DNA from: Oscillospiraceae bacterium
GTDB taxonomy: Bacteria; Bacillota; Clostridia; Oscillospirales; CAG-272
Direction of reading: 5' to 3'
Assembly (NCBI GenBank): GCA_015065105.1
Contig: SVQZ01000001.1
Coordinates: 40,996-104,995, forward strand
Length of the DNA: 64,000 nt
Position numbers and translations under genes: made by a program. The notes under the pieces are model-generated. The model was given only the letters and a program-made list of their open reading frames with translations, was not told the origin of the DNA and made no database searches. This document shows, in pieces, positions 49,313 through 58,624 of the stretch (positions within the stretch are counted from its first letter, which is position 1; each line of letters starts with the position of its first letter).

Positions 49313-50221
49313 TTACTTATTTATGGCAAGAGAAGCCGCGCCTAAAAGTCCCGCTTCGTATTTTAATGCGGTCAGCACTATTTCAGCGTTTTTATTAGGC
49401 GAGGAAAACGCCTCGTTTCTGAATGCTTTGTGTATATCCTCTTCCATAAGATCAAAGCTCTGCATAACTCCGCCGCCCAAAACATAACGTCGGAGATTCA
49501 ACAAACTTGCGGCACTTCCTAAGCCCTTTCCTATGTATTCGCCTGTCTTTTTAAATACTTCAACGGCAAGCTTTTCGCCGTTACGGGCACGCTTTGATAT
49601 TTCAAGCGCAGATATATTTTCTCCTGTAACAGCTTCATATCTGCGGGAAATAGCAGGGCCTGCCGCTACCCCCTCGACACAGCCTTTATGACCGCACGGG
49701 CACAAAGGACCGTTATCCTCTACTATAATATGACCTATTTCGCCTGCACCGCCGAATGCTCCGGAATAGACCTGTCCGTTAAGAACAAGTCCGCCGCCGA
49801 CACCGTTAGATACGGTTACCCACAAATAATCACTACAATCCTTACATATACCGAAAACACTTTCCGCATACGCGCAGGCATTAACGTCATTTTCAATATA
49901 TACCGAAAGACCAAGCTTTTCGGACATCCTCTCTGCTATAGGAAAATTACTTATACCGGAAAAGCAGGCATATACCCATATTCCGTTTTTCGGATCTGCA
50001 AGACCGGGTATAGTCATACCGCAGGAAACTGCTTTACATTCAGGATTTCTTTCTTTTAACAGAGTATATAGTTCAAGAATATACGATTCTATCGTTTCCT
50101 CTGTAAATTCCAAAGGAAAAATAAGCTTTTCCTTATCAATAATACTTCCCTTTTCATCAATAAAACCGCAAAGAAGCTTACTTCCTCCGATGTCACAGGC
50201 AAATATTACATCTTTTTTCAT
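49313..50221 (-). CDS. ROK family sugar kinase
   Basis: DIGGSK, ENDVNA, GVGGG, GEIGH, CPCGHKGCVE; no HTH. Confidence 0.9.
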   Translation of the reverse strand: MKKDVIFACDIGGSKLLCGFIDEKGSIIDKEKLIFPLEFTEETIESYILELYTLLKERNPECKAVSCGMTIPGLADPKNGIWVYACFSGISNFPIAERMSEKLGLSVYIENDVNACAYAESVFGICKDCSDYLWVTVSNGVGGGLVLNGQVYSGAFGGAGEIGHIIVEDNGPLCPCGHKGCVEGVAAGPAISRRYEAVTGENISALEISKRARNGEKLAVEVFKKTGEYIGKGLGSAASLLNLRRYVLGGGVMQSFDLMEEDIHKAFRNEAFSSPNKNAEIVLTALKYEAGLLGAASLAINK

Positions 50222-50378
50222 TTTATCACCGCCTTGGATCAATTATAGCATATATTAAAGCATTATGCAACATATTCCTTTCATATTACATTTTGAACAA
50301 AGCTGTAGGTGATTTAAGGTATAATATTTACATATGATGAAAAATCGAAAAATAAATAAAAAAAGTAAAAAAAAAGAC

Positions 50379-50407
50379 TTGACAAAATGATTTCTTTTTG
50401 GTATTAT
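50379..50407 (+). promoter_or_regulatory. strong sigma-A promoter of the tRNA, with A-rich UP element
   Basis: TTGACA-N17-TATTAT, TG extension, upstream A-tracts. Confidence 0.85.
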
Positions 50408-50422
50408 ATACGGGTAGTTGAT

Positions 50423-50498
<76 letters not shown>

Positions 50499-50499
50499 G

Positions 50500-50534
50500 A
50501 AAAAAGAGCAAGTTGAAAGACTTGCTCTTTTTTT
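50500..50534 (+). terminator. tRNA terminator
   Basis: AAAAAAGAGCAAGT...ACTTGCTCTTTTTTT. Confidence 0.9.
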
Positions 50535-50537
50535 GAC

Positions 50538-50709
50538 TAAGTTTGCCCTTACGGGCAAGTGAAGTTGACTTCGGCAGTGAAGTTACTGCGTAGTGAAGTT
50601 TGCTTCGCAAGTGTTTTTTTGGCAAACTTAACTTCACTTTGCGGTAAAACCGCAAAACTTCACTATGGCGTAAGCCATAACTTCACATCGGCTTTGCCGA
50701 TACTTCACT
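50538..50709. repeat. mirror-symmetric array of 9-bp repeats interspaced with mini-hairpins
   Basis: AGTGAAGTT at 50558, 50576, 50592; (A)ACTTCAC(T) at 50630, 50656, 50679, 50702; each spacer self-complementary. Confidence 0.9.
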
Positions 50710-50787
50710 TTTAATTTGTGATTGTGCTTGTTTGCATATAAGTACAATAAAGACAAAAAAGGACTTCATTTGAAGTCCTTTTGATTT

Positions 50788-50807
50788 ATAGAAATTGCTC
50801 CGCTTTT
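50788..50807 (+). repeat. minimal (ends-only) member of the terminator-docked repeat
   Basis: ATAGAAATTGCTCCGCTTTT directly after hairpin 50757-50782; resembles the left and right ends of copy A fused. Confidence 0.55.
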
Positions 50808-50808
50808 C

Positions 50809-52242
50809 TTATACTGATTTTATAATAGAACAAAGCAAACGGTAGGTCCGTTCTACCGAAGCTATCTCCATTCTTTCGTCGGGTGAATGAATATCAAGAA
50901 TATTCGGGCCTATCGAAATAATGTCGATGCCGGGGATTCTTGAGGATATAAGTCCACATTCGAGTCCTGCATGAAGTGCTTCGATCTTCGGCTTATATCC
51001 ATACTGTTCCTCAAATTTCTCGATATACAAATCTCGGAGCTTTGAATCTGCCTTATAGTCCCAGCCCGGATATCTGTCACAGGTAACGTATTCGCAATTT
51101 AAAAGCTTTGCTATACGGGAGAACTCAAGAACAGTTGAATCAATTTCGTATTCATTATTTGAACGAATAAGATGAACCGCCTTGAAGCAACCGTTTTCAG
51201 CCTTTACAATACCGAGATTGGAGGATGTTTGCACAAGACCCTCGATATGTCTTGACATTCTTAAAACACCGTTAGGCGCAATAAGGATCTCATTAATGAT
51301 TCTTGTGGTATCAGCAAAGCTGAACATATTGCCGATATGCTTGTTTTTTGATGTATAAAGCTTAAAAATCTTTTCGTCATTCGAGAAGATTTTTTTCTTT
51401 TCGCGGATATATTCGGTTATGATATCGTTATAAAGCTCGGTATCTGTTACTGAAATAACAGCACTTGTCTCTCTCGGGATAGCATTATCCTTTGTACCGC
51501 CTTCAAGAGTAACAAGATTAAAGGGTTCACGCTCATACATTTTAGCAAGAAGCTGCGCCATAATAACTATAGCGTTCTCCTTGCCGGTATTGATCTCAAC
51601 GCCCGAATGACCGCCCGAAAGACCCTTGATATCGATTCGCATAAGCTTATTCTTCTCGGATATTGCATCCGAGCTGAAGCTCATTTCAAGACGTACACCG
51701 CCCGCGCAGGAAACGAAGCTTATTCCCTCCTCTTCCGAATCGATATTGATCATAAGACGTGATTCTATATCCGAATAATCAAAGCCTATAGCACCTGTCA
51801 TTCCTACCTCTTCACCTGAGGTAAACAGACATTCAAGGTTAGGAAGTTCTTTATCATCGCTTGTAAGTAATGCAAGCATATAAGCCACGGCAACGCCGTC
51901 GTCGCCGCCGAGTGTTGTTCCCTTTGCCTTTATATAACCGTCCTCGGTATAAAGCTCGATTCCATCCTTTTCAAAATCGTGCTCTGTTCCGTTATTAGCC
52001 TGACATACCATATCTGTATGTCCCTGTAAAAGCAGAGTGGAAGCATCGCTTCTCACCGAGGGCTTTTTAACTAAAATATTATTATACCCGTCTCTTCTGT
52101 ATTTAAGGCCGTAATAATCAGCAACAGCGGCAATATAATCTACTACCGCTGTTTCGTTACCCGATCCACGGGGGATCGCTGATATTTCCTCAAAATACTT
52201 AAAGACTTGCTTGGGTTCGATATCCTTAAGTATATATTCCAT
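50809..52242 (-). CDS. pepD: aminoacyl-histidine dipeptidase (M20C)
   Basis: IPRGSGNE, LQGHTDMV, GTTLGGDDG, EEVGM, GGHSG, HAGLECG, IHSPDE. Confidence 0.92.
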   Translation of the reverse strand: MEYILKDIEPKQVFKYFEEISAIPRGSGNETAVVDYIAAVADYYGLKYRRDGYNNILVKKPSVRSDASTLLLQGHTDMVCQANNGTEHDFEKDGIELYTEDGYIKAKGTTLGGDDGVAVAYMLALLTSDDKELPNLECLFTSGEEVGMTGAIGFDYSDIESRLMINIDSEEEGISFVSCAGGVRLEMSFSSDAISEKNKLMRIDIKGLSGGHSGVEINTGKENAIVIMAQLLAKMYEREPFNLVTLEGGTKDNAIPRETSAVISVTDTELYNDIITEYIREKKKIFSNDEKIFKLYTSKNKHIGNMFSFADTTRIINEILIAPNGVLRMSRHIEGLVQTSSNLGIVKAENGCFKAVHLIRSNNEYEIDSTVLEFSRIAKLLNCEYVTCDRYPGWDYKADSKLRDLYIEKFEEQYGYKPKIEALHAGLECGLISSRIPGIDIISIGPNILDIHSPDERMEIASVERTYRLLCSIIKSV

Positions 52243-52244
52243 AA

Positions 52245-52883
52245 TTACTCCTGACAGAATTTAAGTGCTGCGTCTGCTGCAGTAGCCGCATCGGGAGTAA
52301 AGCAGTCTGCGCCGATCTCATCACAGAACGCCTGTGTTACGGGAGCACCGCCGACCATGATCTTCACCTTATCGCGGATGCCTGCTTCTTCGCAAGCGGT
52401 AACAACGTCCTTCATAACACCCATGGTAGTTGTGAGAAGCGCGGAAAGACATATAACCTTACAGTCCTCCTCGATCGCTGTCTTAACGAAATCCTCAACG
52501 GAAACGTCAACACCAAGGTCGATAACCTCAAGTCCCTTACCCTCAAGCATCATGCCGACGAGATTCTTTCCGATATCGTGCATATCACCTGCAACGGTAC
52601 CTAATACGACCTTACCTGAAGGCTTTACGTCATCGGAAACCAACAGGGGCTTGATAACCTCGACACCCTTCTTCATTGCTCTTGCTGCAACGAGAACCTC
52701 GGGTACGTAAACCTCATTATTCTTAAACTTTTCACCTACAACATTCATACCGGCAAGAAGCGCATCATCAAGGATCTCCTTAGCGCTGTGACCCTCTTCG
52801 AGCGCCTGTGCAACCAAAAGCTTAACGTCCTTTGCTTTACCTGCCTGCATTTTTTCAGAAATTTCACAAATTATAGACATCAA
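52245..52883 (-). CDS. stand-alone corrinoid (B12-binding) methyltransferase cognate protein
   Basis: Cap domain, GDMHDIGKNLV (DxHxxG), SALLTTTM, VGGAPV. Confidence 0.9.
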   Translation of the reverse strand: MMSIICEISEKMQAGKAKDVKLLVAQALEEGHSAKEILDDALLAGMNVVGEKFKNNEVYVPEVLVAARAMKKGVEVIKPLLVSDDVKPSGKVVLGTVAGDMHDIGKNLVGMMLEGKGLEVIDLGVDVSVEDFVKTAIEEDCKVICLSALLTTTMGVMKDVVTACEEAGIRDKVKIMVGGAPVTQAFCDEIGADCFTPDAATAADAALKFCQE

Positions 52884-53097
52884 AATGACCTCCGTATTTA
52901 AAATAACTCATTTATATTCGATTAAGTATAACATATTTTTATATTTATTACATCTATAATTTTGTAAATTTTTATTATACGCAAAACAATAATTGTTATT
53001 CATATTTAAAAAATTAAGGAGCAAATTATATACAGACCATAATTTCATCGATTATAAATTTGAGGTTGGGTCAATAATCAGGAAAAGGAGTGAAAAA

Positions 53098-54264
53098 ATG
53101 AAAAGGAAAATATTAGTAAGAAGTACCTTCATATTACTGTCTTTATTTCTAATTTGTTCGGTAGTGATTACAGGCTATAACCATTCTATCCCCGACAGTA
53201 TTTCTGTTTTTGCCGTTGAAGACGTCTCCTCGAAGGATATAGCGCCCTTCGTAAGTATTTCAACCGTGAAAAACGACGTTGCCGAAGCAAAGCTGTTCGG
53301 TGTGGTAAAATTAAAAAGCATTGACGTAAAGCTTCTTTGCGATAAAGAGGTTTACGTCGGCGGTATGCCTGTGGGCATAAAGCTATATACTGACGGAATT
53401 CTCATATCGGGGACCTCAGAGGTCGATACGAAGAGCAGAAACGTCAATCCGGGAGAGCTTGCAGGCTTAAAAGCAGGAGATATTATCAAAAAGATAAACG
53501 GTAATGAGGTCGGCAGTATTTCTGACGTTCTGAATGCCGCAAAGGACAGCGGCGGCAAGGAAATACCGATTAAATATGAGCGTAACGGAAAGCTTTATGA
53601 AACAAAATTGATTCCTGTTAAATCTGTAAGCGAAGGGGTCTATAAATTAGGCTTATGGGTCAGAGACGGTACGGCAGGTATAGGAACTGTAACCTATATC
53701 GACCCTGAAAACAATGCTTTCGGAGGACTTGGACACGGTGTGTGCGATTCAGACACCGCAAGATTGCTTCCAATGAACCGAGGTGTTCTGTGCGACGTGA
53801 CGATAAATAATGTTGATAAGGGCAAAAAGGGTGATCCGGGTGAATTACAGGGTTATTTTTCCGGTGAAGATAAAGGAGTTCTTATAAGCAATACAGACTT
53901 TGGTGTATTCGGTGCTTTTAACAGTATTGAAACAAAAAAACTCAAAAAGATAAAGATAGGGTTAAAGGATGAGTTAAAGCCGGGGCCTGCAACTATATTA
54001 TGCACACTTTCAGACAACAATATTTGTGAATATGATATAGAAATTGAAAAGATTAATAATAATTCTAATCCGACTAAAAATTTTAATATTAAAGTAACGG
54101 ACAAGGAGCTTATATCAAAAGCAGGCGGAATAGTACAGGGTATGTCGGGTTCCCCGATAATACAAAACGGAAAGCTTGTGGGCGCTGTTACGCACGTGCT
54201 TGTGGATGACCCTACGAGAGGTTACGGTATTTATATTGAGAATATGCTCTCAAACTCAAATTGA
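53098..54264 (+). CDS. spoIVB: SpoIVB peptidase
   Basis: PDZ domain, GLWVRDGTAGIGTVT, GLGHG, GIVQGMSGSPIIQNGKLVGAVTHVL. Confidence 0.95.
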   Translation: MKRKILVRSTFILLSLFLICSVVITGYNHSIPDSISVFAVEDVSSKDIAPFVSISTVKNDVAEAKLFGVVKLKSIDVKLLCDKEVYVGGMPVGIKLYTDGILISGTSEVDTKSRNVNPGELAGLKAGDIIKKINGNEVGSISDVLNAAKDSGGKEIPIKYERNGKLYETKLIPVKSVSEGVYKLGLWVRDGTAGIGTVTYIDPENNAFGGLGHGVCDSDTARLLPMNRGVLCDVTINNVDKGKKGDPGELQGYFSGEDKGVLISNTDFGVFGAFNSIETKKLKKIKIGLKDELKPGPATILCTLSDNNICEYDIEIEKINNNSNPTKNFNIKVTDKELISKAGGIVQGMSGSPIIQNGKLVGAVTHVLVDDPTRGYGIYIENMLSNSN

Positions 54265-54266
54265 AT

Positions 54267-54306
54267 AAATATCCCGGCTTTAATTATAATTAAAGCCGGG
54301 ATATTT
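54267..54306 (+). terminator. terminator after spoIVB
   Basis: AAATATCCCGGCTTTAATT...AATTAAAGCCGGGATATTT perfect inverted repeat. Confidence 0.8.
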
Positions 54307-54423
54307 AATTTTATTTTGTAACACAAACTAATGAAATAATATTCGTATTTTAATCAATTTTTACTCACAATATATTGACAAGAATCTTCGATAGGTGTAA
54401 AATAAATACATCTTTTTTAAGGA

Positions 54424-55740
54424 GTGATCAAATTGGCAAATTATTATCAGCCCGAGATAGAGACCGCCTCGGTTGAAGAAATCAAAGCTCTTCAGAGTGA
54501 AAAGCTTGTAAAGCAGGTCAAACGCGTTTATGAGAACGTTAAATATTACCGTGACCTCATGGATGAAAAGGGTGTTACACCCGATGACATAAAAGGTATA
54601 GAGGATCTTCACAAGCTTCCCTTTCTCACAAAAGCTGATTTACGTAACGCATATCCTTACGGTCTTTTGGGAGCAGATCTTAAAGACTGTGTACGAATTC
54701 ATTCAACAAGCGGAACAACAGGTAAAAGAGTTATTGCTTTCTACACACAGAAAGATATAGATCTTTGGGACGATTGCTGTGCAAGAGCCATTGTTGCGGC
54801 AGGCGGAACAAATGAGGATATTTGCCAGATAGCGTACGGCTACGGTCTTTTCACAGGAGGTCTCGGACTTCACGGAGGAGCGCACAAGGTAGGCTGTCTC
54901 ACACTTCCCATGTCCTCAGGTAACACAGAAAGACAGATAGAATTTATGCAGGACCTTAACTCAACTATTATCTGCTGTACCCCCTCATACGCGGCATACA
55001 TAGGCGAGACCTTAAAGGAAATGGGTCTTTCTCCCGATGATATAAACCTCAAAGCAGGTATTTTCGGAGCAGAACCATGGACAGAGGAAATGAGACGCGA
55101 TATCGAAAAATCTCTCGGTATCAAGGCATATGATATCTACGGTCTCACCGAATCCACCGGCCCCGGCGTTGCTTTTGAATGCGAGGAGCAGACAGGTATG
55201 CATATAAATGAGGACCATTTCCTTGCAGAGATAATCGATCCCGAAACAGGAGAGGTTCTTCCCGAAGGCTCCAAGGGTGAATTGGTATTCACAAATCTCG
55301 ACAAAGAAGGCTTCCCTCTTCTCCGCTACAGAACCCGTGATATCTGTGTTCTTTCAAGAAAGCCTTGCTCCTGCGGACGTACCTTTATCAAGATGGCTAA
55401 GCCTATGGGCAGAAGCGATGATATGCTTATTATACGCGGTGTTAACGTATTCCCCTCACAGATAGAGACCGTACTTATCAAGGAAGGTTATTCCCCCAAC
55501 TATCTTATCGAGGTTGACCGTGTCAAGAATAACGATACTCTTGACGTTTACGTTGAGCTCTCTCCCGAGCAGTTCTCTGATACAGTAAAGGATCTCCATG
55601 CAAACGAAAAGTCTCTTGCCGATGCTATGATACAGATGCTTGGTATAAAGCCTAAGGTACATCTCGTTGCACCGAAGACCATTAAAAGAAGTGAAGGCAA
55701 GGCGGTTCGTGTAATCGACAAGAGAAAGCTTCACGATTAA
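54424..55740 (+). CDS. paaK: phenylacetate--CoA ligase family protein
   Basis: HSTSGTTG, YGYGLFTGG, GAEPW, YRTRD, GRSDDMLIIRGVNVFPSQIE; promoter TTGACA-N17-TAAAAT at 54375. Confidence 0.9.
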   Translation: MIKLANYYQPEIETASVEEIKALQSEKLVKQVKRVYENVKYYRDLMDEKGVTPDDIKGIEDLHKLPFLTKADLRNAYPYGLLGADLKDCVRIHSTSGTTGKRVIAFYTQKDIDLWDDCCARAIVAAGGTNEDICQIAYGYGLFTGGLGLHGGAHKVGCLTLPMSSGNTERQIEFMQDLNSTIICCTPSYAAYIGETLKEMGLSPDDINLKAGIFGAEPWTEEMRRDIEKSLGIKAYDIYGLTESTGPGVAFECEEQTGMHINEDHFLAEIIDPETGEVLPEGSKGELVFTNLDKEGFPLLRYRTRDICVLSRKPCSCGRTFIKMAKPMGRSDDMLIIRGVNVFPSQIETVLIKEGYSPNYLIEVDRVKNNDTLDVYVELSPEQFSDTVKDLHANEKSLADAMIQMLGIKPKVHLVAPKTIKRSEGKAVRVIDKRKLHD

Positions 55741-55755
55741 GAAAGGAAAATTATA

Positions 55756-56178
55756 ATGAGTGTTAAACAAATTTCTGTATTCATTGAAAATAAAACAGGT
55801 AAATTAGCAGAGGCAACAAGATTTATTGCAGACCACAATATCAATCTTCGTGCCCTTTCTATAGCTGATACACAGGATTTCGGTATTCTCCGTATCATCT
55901 GTGACGATCCTGATGCCGCCAATAAGGCATTACAGGACGGCGGTTATATTACCACGACCACCGAAGTTCTGGCGGCTTCTATAAGCGATAAGCCCGGCAG
56001 TCTTGCAACTATACTTGAAGTTCTGTCCGAAGCCAAGGTAGTTGTTGAATATACCTATGCATTCCTTTCCTCAAAGACCGGCGCATACATGATCTTCCGC
56101 GTTGACGACAATCAGTGTGCTGCTGCAGCCCTTGCAGGTGCAGGAATCAAGACAGCAAACCAGAACGATCTCTTCTAA
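55756..56178 (+). CDS. double ACT domain protein
   Basis: QISVFIENKTGKL, NLRALSIADT.DFGILR, DKPGSLA; usual partner of paaK. Confidence 0.88.
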   Translation: MSVKQISVFIENKTGKLAEATRFIADHNINLRALSIADTQDFGILRIICDDPDAANKALQDGGYITTTTEVLAASISDKPGSLATILEVLSEAKVVVEYTYAFLSSKTGAYMIFRVDDNQCAAAALAGAGIKTANQNDLF

Positions 56179-56227
56179 TCAAAAAATGGGCTTTACCTTA
56201 CAAGTAAGCCCATTTATGCTTATAATT

Positions 56228-56911
56228 ATGAAAAAAACTTTAAAAATATTATTAATTGTAATTACAACTCTTTTTCTTTTATGTGTAACAGTTGTTCTCT
56301 GCATAAATCTTCACATTAAAAACAGTGTTAAGGATAATATCGTTGATCCAAAAGATGCAGAAACTATAGAAAACGCTGACTGCATACTAATATTAGGCTG
56401 CGGTGTCAGAGAGGACGGTACTCCGAGTCATATGCTTCATGACAGACTTGAGCGCGGTATCGAGCTTTACAAGCAGGGTGTTGCACCGAAGATTCTTATG
56501 AGCGGTGATCACGGAACAGCAGAATACGATGAGGTCAACACAATGAAGCAGTATGCCATAGATGCGGGTGTACCTTCAGAGGATATCTTCATGGATCATG
56601 CCGGCTTTAATACATATGATTCTATGTACCGCGCAAGAGAAATTTTCAAGGTAAAAAGACTTGTTATCGTTACACAAAAATACCATCTATACAGGGCGCT
56701 CTACGTTGCCGATTCGCTCGGTCTGGAGGCTTTCGGGATAAACGCGGATCTGCGTGAATACGTCGGCCAATGGACGAGGGATATCCGCGAGGTTGCCGCA
56801 AGAATTAAGGATTTTGTAATTACTCTTTACAAGCCATTACCCGTTTGTCTCGGTGAAGAGATCCCTATATCGGGTGACGGAAACAAAACAAACGATAAGG
56901 AATTCAATTAA
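56228..56911 (+). CDS. SanA/YdcF (DUF218) family protein
   Basis: N-terminal TM; LILGCG, MSGDHG...YDEV..M, DHAGFNTYDSM, TQKYHLYRA; start uncertain. Confidence 0.85.
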   Translation: MKKTLKILLIVITTLFLLCVTVVLCINLHIKNSVKDNIVDPKDAETIENADCILILGCGVREDGTPSHMLHDRLERGIELYKQGVAPKILMSGDHGTAEYDEVNTMKQYAIDAGVPSEDIFMDHAGFNTYDSMYRAREIFKVKRLVIVTQKYHLYRALYVADSLGLEAFGINADLREYVGQWTRDIREVAARIKDFVITLYKPLPVCLGEEIPISGDGNKTNDKEFN

Positions 56912-56928
56912 ACGTTATATCTCGCTGC

Positions 56929-58452
56929 CTACGGTATTAAAAGTACCTTTACGGCAGCGAGATCTTCATTTTGCAATGAATTGACCTCAATAATATCCTC
57001 ACATCTGCATTTATACCTTTTTGCAACCTCCCATAGCGTTTCTCCCTTTACAGGATAATATAAAGTCATTACAGAGGATCTGTTATTCTCTTTTTCGCTG
57101 ACCGTACAGTTTACAGCTCTGCAGTGCTTTTCCTTTGCGCCGAGTACGGCATTTATATAGAGCTCTGCGTTCAGAGAAGTCTTTGAGCCGTTGATCTCGG
57201 CATTGCATTTAATAATATCGCATTTATGCTCTTCAAATAAATCAAATTTATAACCGCATCCTTCTCTTTCATATTTAAAGGGTGCCGTTTGTTTTATAAC
57301 GGTATATCTCTCTTCACCCTCGCAAATACAAAGAAGTGTCCATTCTATCTCTCCGTGTAATACAAATTTATTTCTTTCGGCATCATAGAAAAGTTCATGT
57401 GAATCTACATTTGCATTTACTTCAACAGCGTGCTTCGGTATTATATCACCTTCAACGGAAAGCTCCATGATCTCATTCACGCTCAAAGGCGATGAAAACG
57501 CTTCGTAAGGTCTTATATATTCAATTTCTTCTTTTGAAAAGCAAAACTCCTTTTTTGTTGAATAGGCATCGCATACAGCCTCGCATCTTACTCCGTAATA
57601 ATGCTTATGGCAAAGATCGTAGCCGTAATCAAGCTCAATTATACGCATTTCTCCAAAGCTGTTATTCTGTACAGATACCTTGATATCCTTTATCCTAACC
57701 TCACAGATGCAGGCATCATCGTCGGTATATTCGTTTGCTATATATTCGTTAAATCCCACTGTCTCGCTTATCTTATGGTAGTTGGAATCATTGCCGAGAT
57801 ATAGGATGTTTATATAGCTTTCACCGCGGATCGAAGCCTGAGTATCTGTTTTTTTAATTTCATTTACTACTGTATTAACCTTGCAATATACAATTGCAGA
57901 TACTTCGGGAAGAGCCGATGATATCTCTATATCATGGCTTGCATGAAGATTCGCTTCGCACTCTGACGAGATCATCATAGACCTTATCTTTTCGGTTTTC
58001 TTTTGCAGGCATATATCCTCGTTACAGGATATCTCAGGCTCGGTATCAACGCTTTCGTTTTTCTGCATAAATATATTAAGACGGGCTCTGAAGCTTATCC
58101 TTCTCGGGTTTACAAGTCTTGCATTCGGATTCTCTGTTTTACAAAAATAGCTCACCGATTCCACGTTATCATCCTTTACGGGTATATTTAGGGTAAACGT
58201 GTCGGAATATATAATACTCTGAAGACTGTCATCCTCACATATGCATAAAACGTTATATACTATCTCGCCCTCGCACAATAGATTATTACCGTTATTGAAT
58301 ACGTTATGTAAAACGGCTTCGCTGTCACATTGCACGAGTTTCTTTATATCGGCAATATAATCAGGCAGAATATAATCCTCATTTCTTTCGTTTGTATCGC
58401 AGAGCTTTGTAATATTTACGTTTATACAACGATTCATATCTCTTTCATCCAT
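56929..58452 (-). CDS. SPOCS/DUF3794 + LysM spore coat assembly protein (SipL-like)
   Basis: LPDY..DI N-terminus, repeated beta domains, C-terminal GETLWEVAKRY LysM; sigE-like CATATATT upstream (~58560, minus strand). Confidence 0.75.
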   Translation of the reverse strand: MDERDMNRCINVNITKLCDTNERNEDYILPDYIADIKKLVQCDSEAVLHNVFNNGNNLLCEGEIVYNVLCICEDDSLQSIIYSDTFTLNIPVKDDNVESVSYFCKTENPNARLVNPRRISFRARLNIFMQKNESVDTEPEISCNEDICLQKKTEKIRSMMISSECEANLHASHDIEISSALPEVSAIVYCKVNTVVNEIKKTDTQASIRGESYINILYLGNDSNYHKISETVGFNEYIANEYTDDDACICEVRIKDIKVSVQNNSFGEMRIIELDYGYDLCHKHYYGVRCEAVCDAYSTKKEFCFSKEEIEYIRPYEAFSSPLSVNEIMELSVEGDIIPKHAVEVNANVDSHELFYDAERNKFVLHGEIEWTLLCICEGEERYTVIKQTAPFKYEREGCGYKFDLFEEHKCDIIKCNAEINGSKTSLNAELYINAVLGAKEKHCRAVNCTVSEKENNRSSVMTLYYPVKGETLWEVAKRYKCRCEDIIEVNSLQNEDLAAVKVLLIP

Positions 58453-58624
58453 AATAAATCTCCTTTTTCTTTATAGGATAATTCTCCGCCTCAACAGTAA
58501 TTTAAAGTTTAAGAAAAGCTTGGGCGTATCATACGAGGGTCTTCCCCTCTTTTTTATACCAATATATGAACCTAAAAAAGAAAAAATGCATCCGAAGATG
58601 CATCTTTCAAATAATTATAAATTA

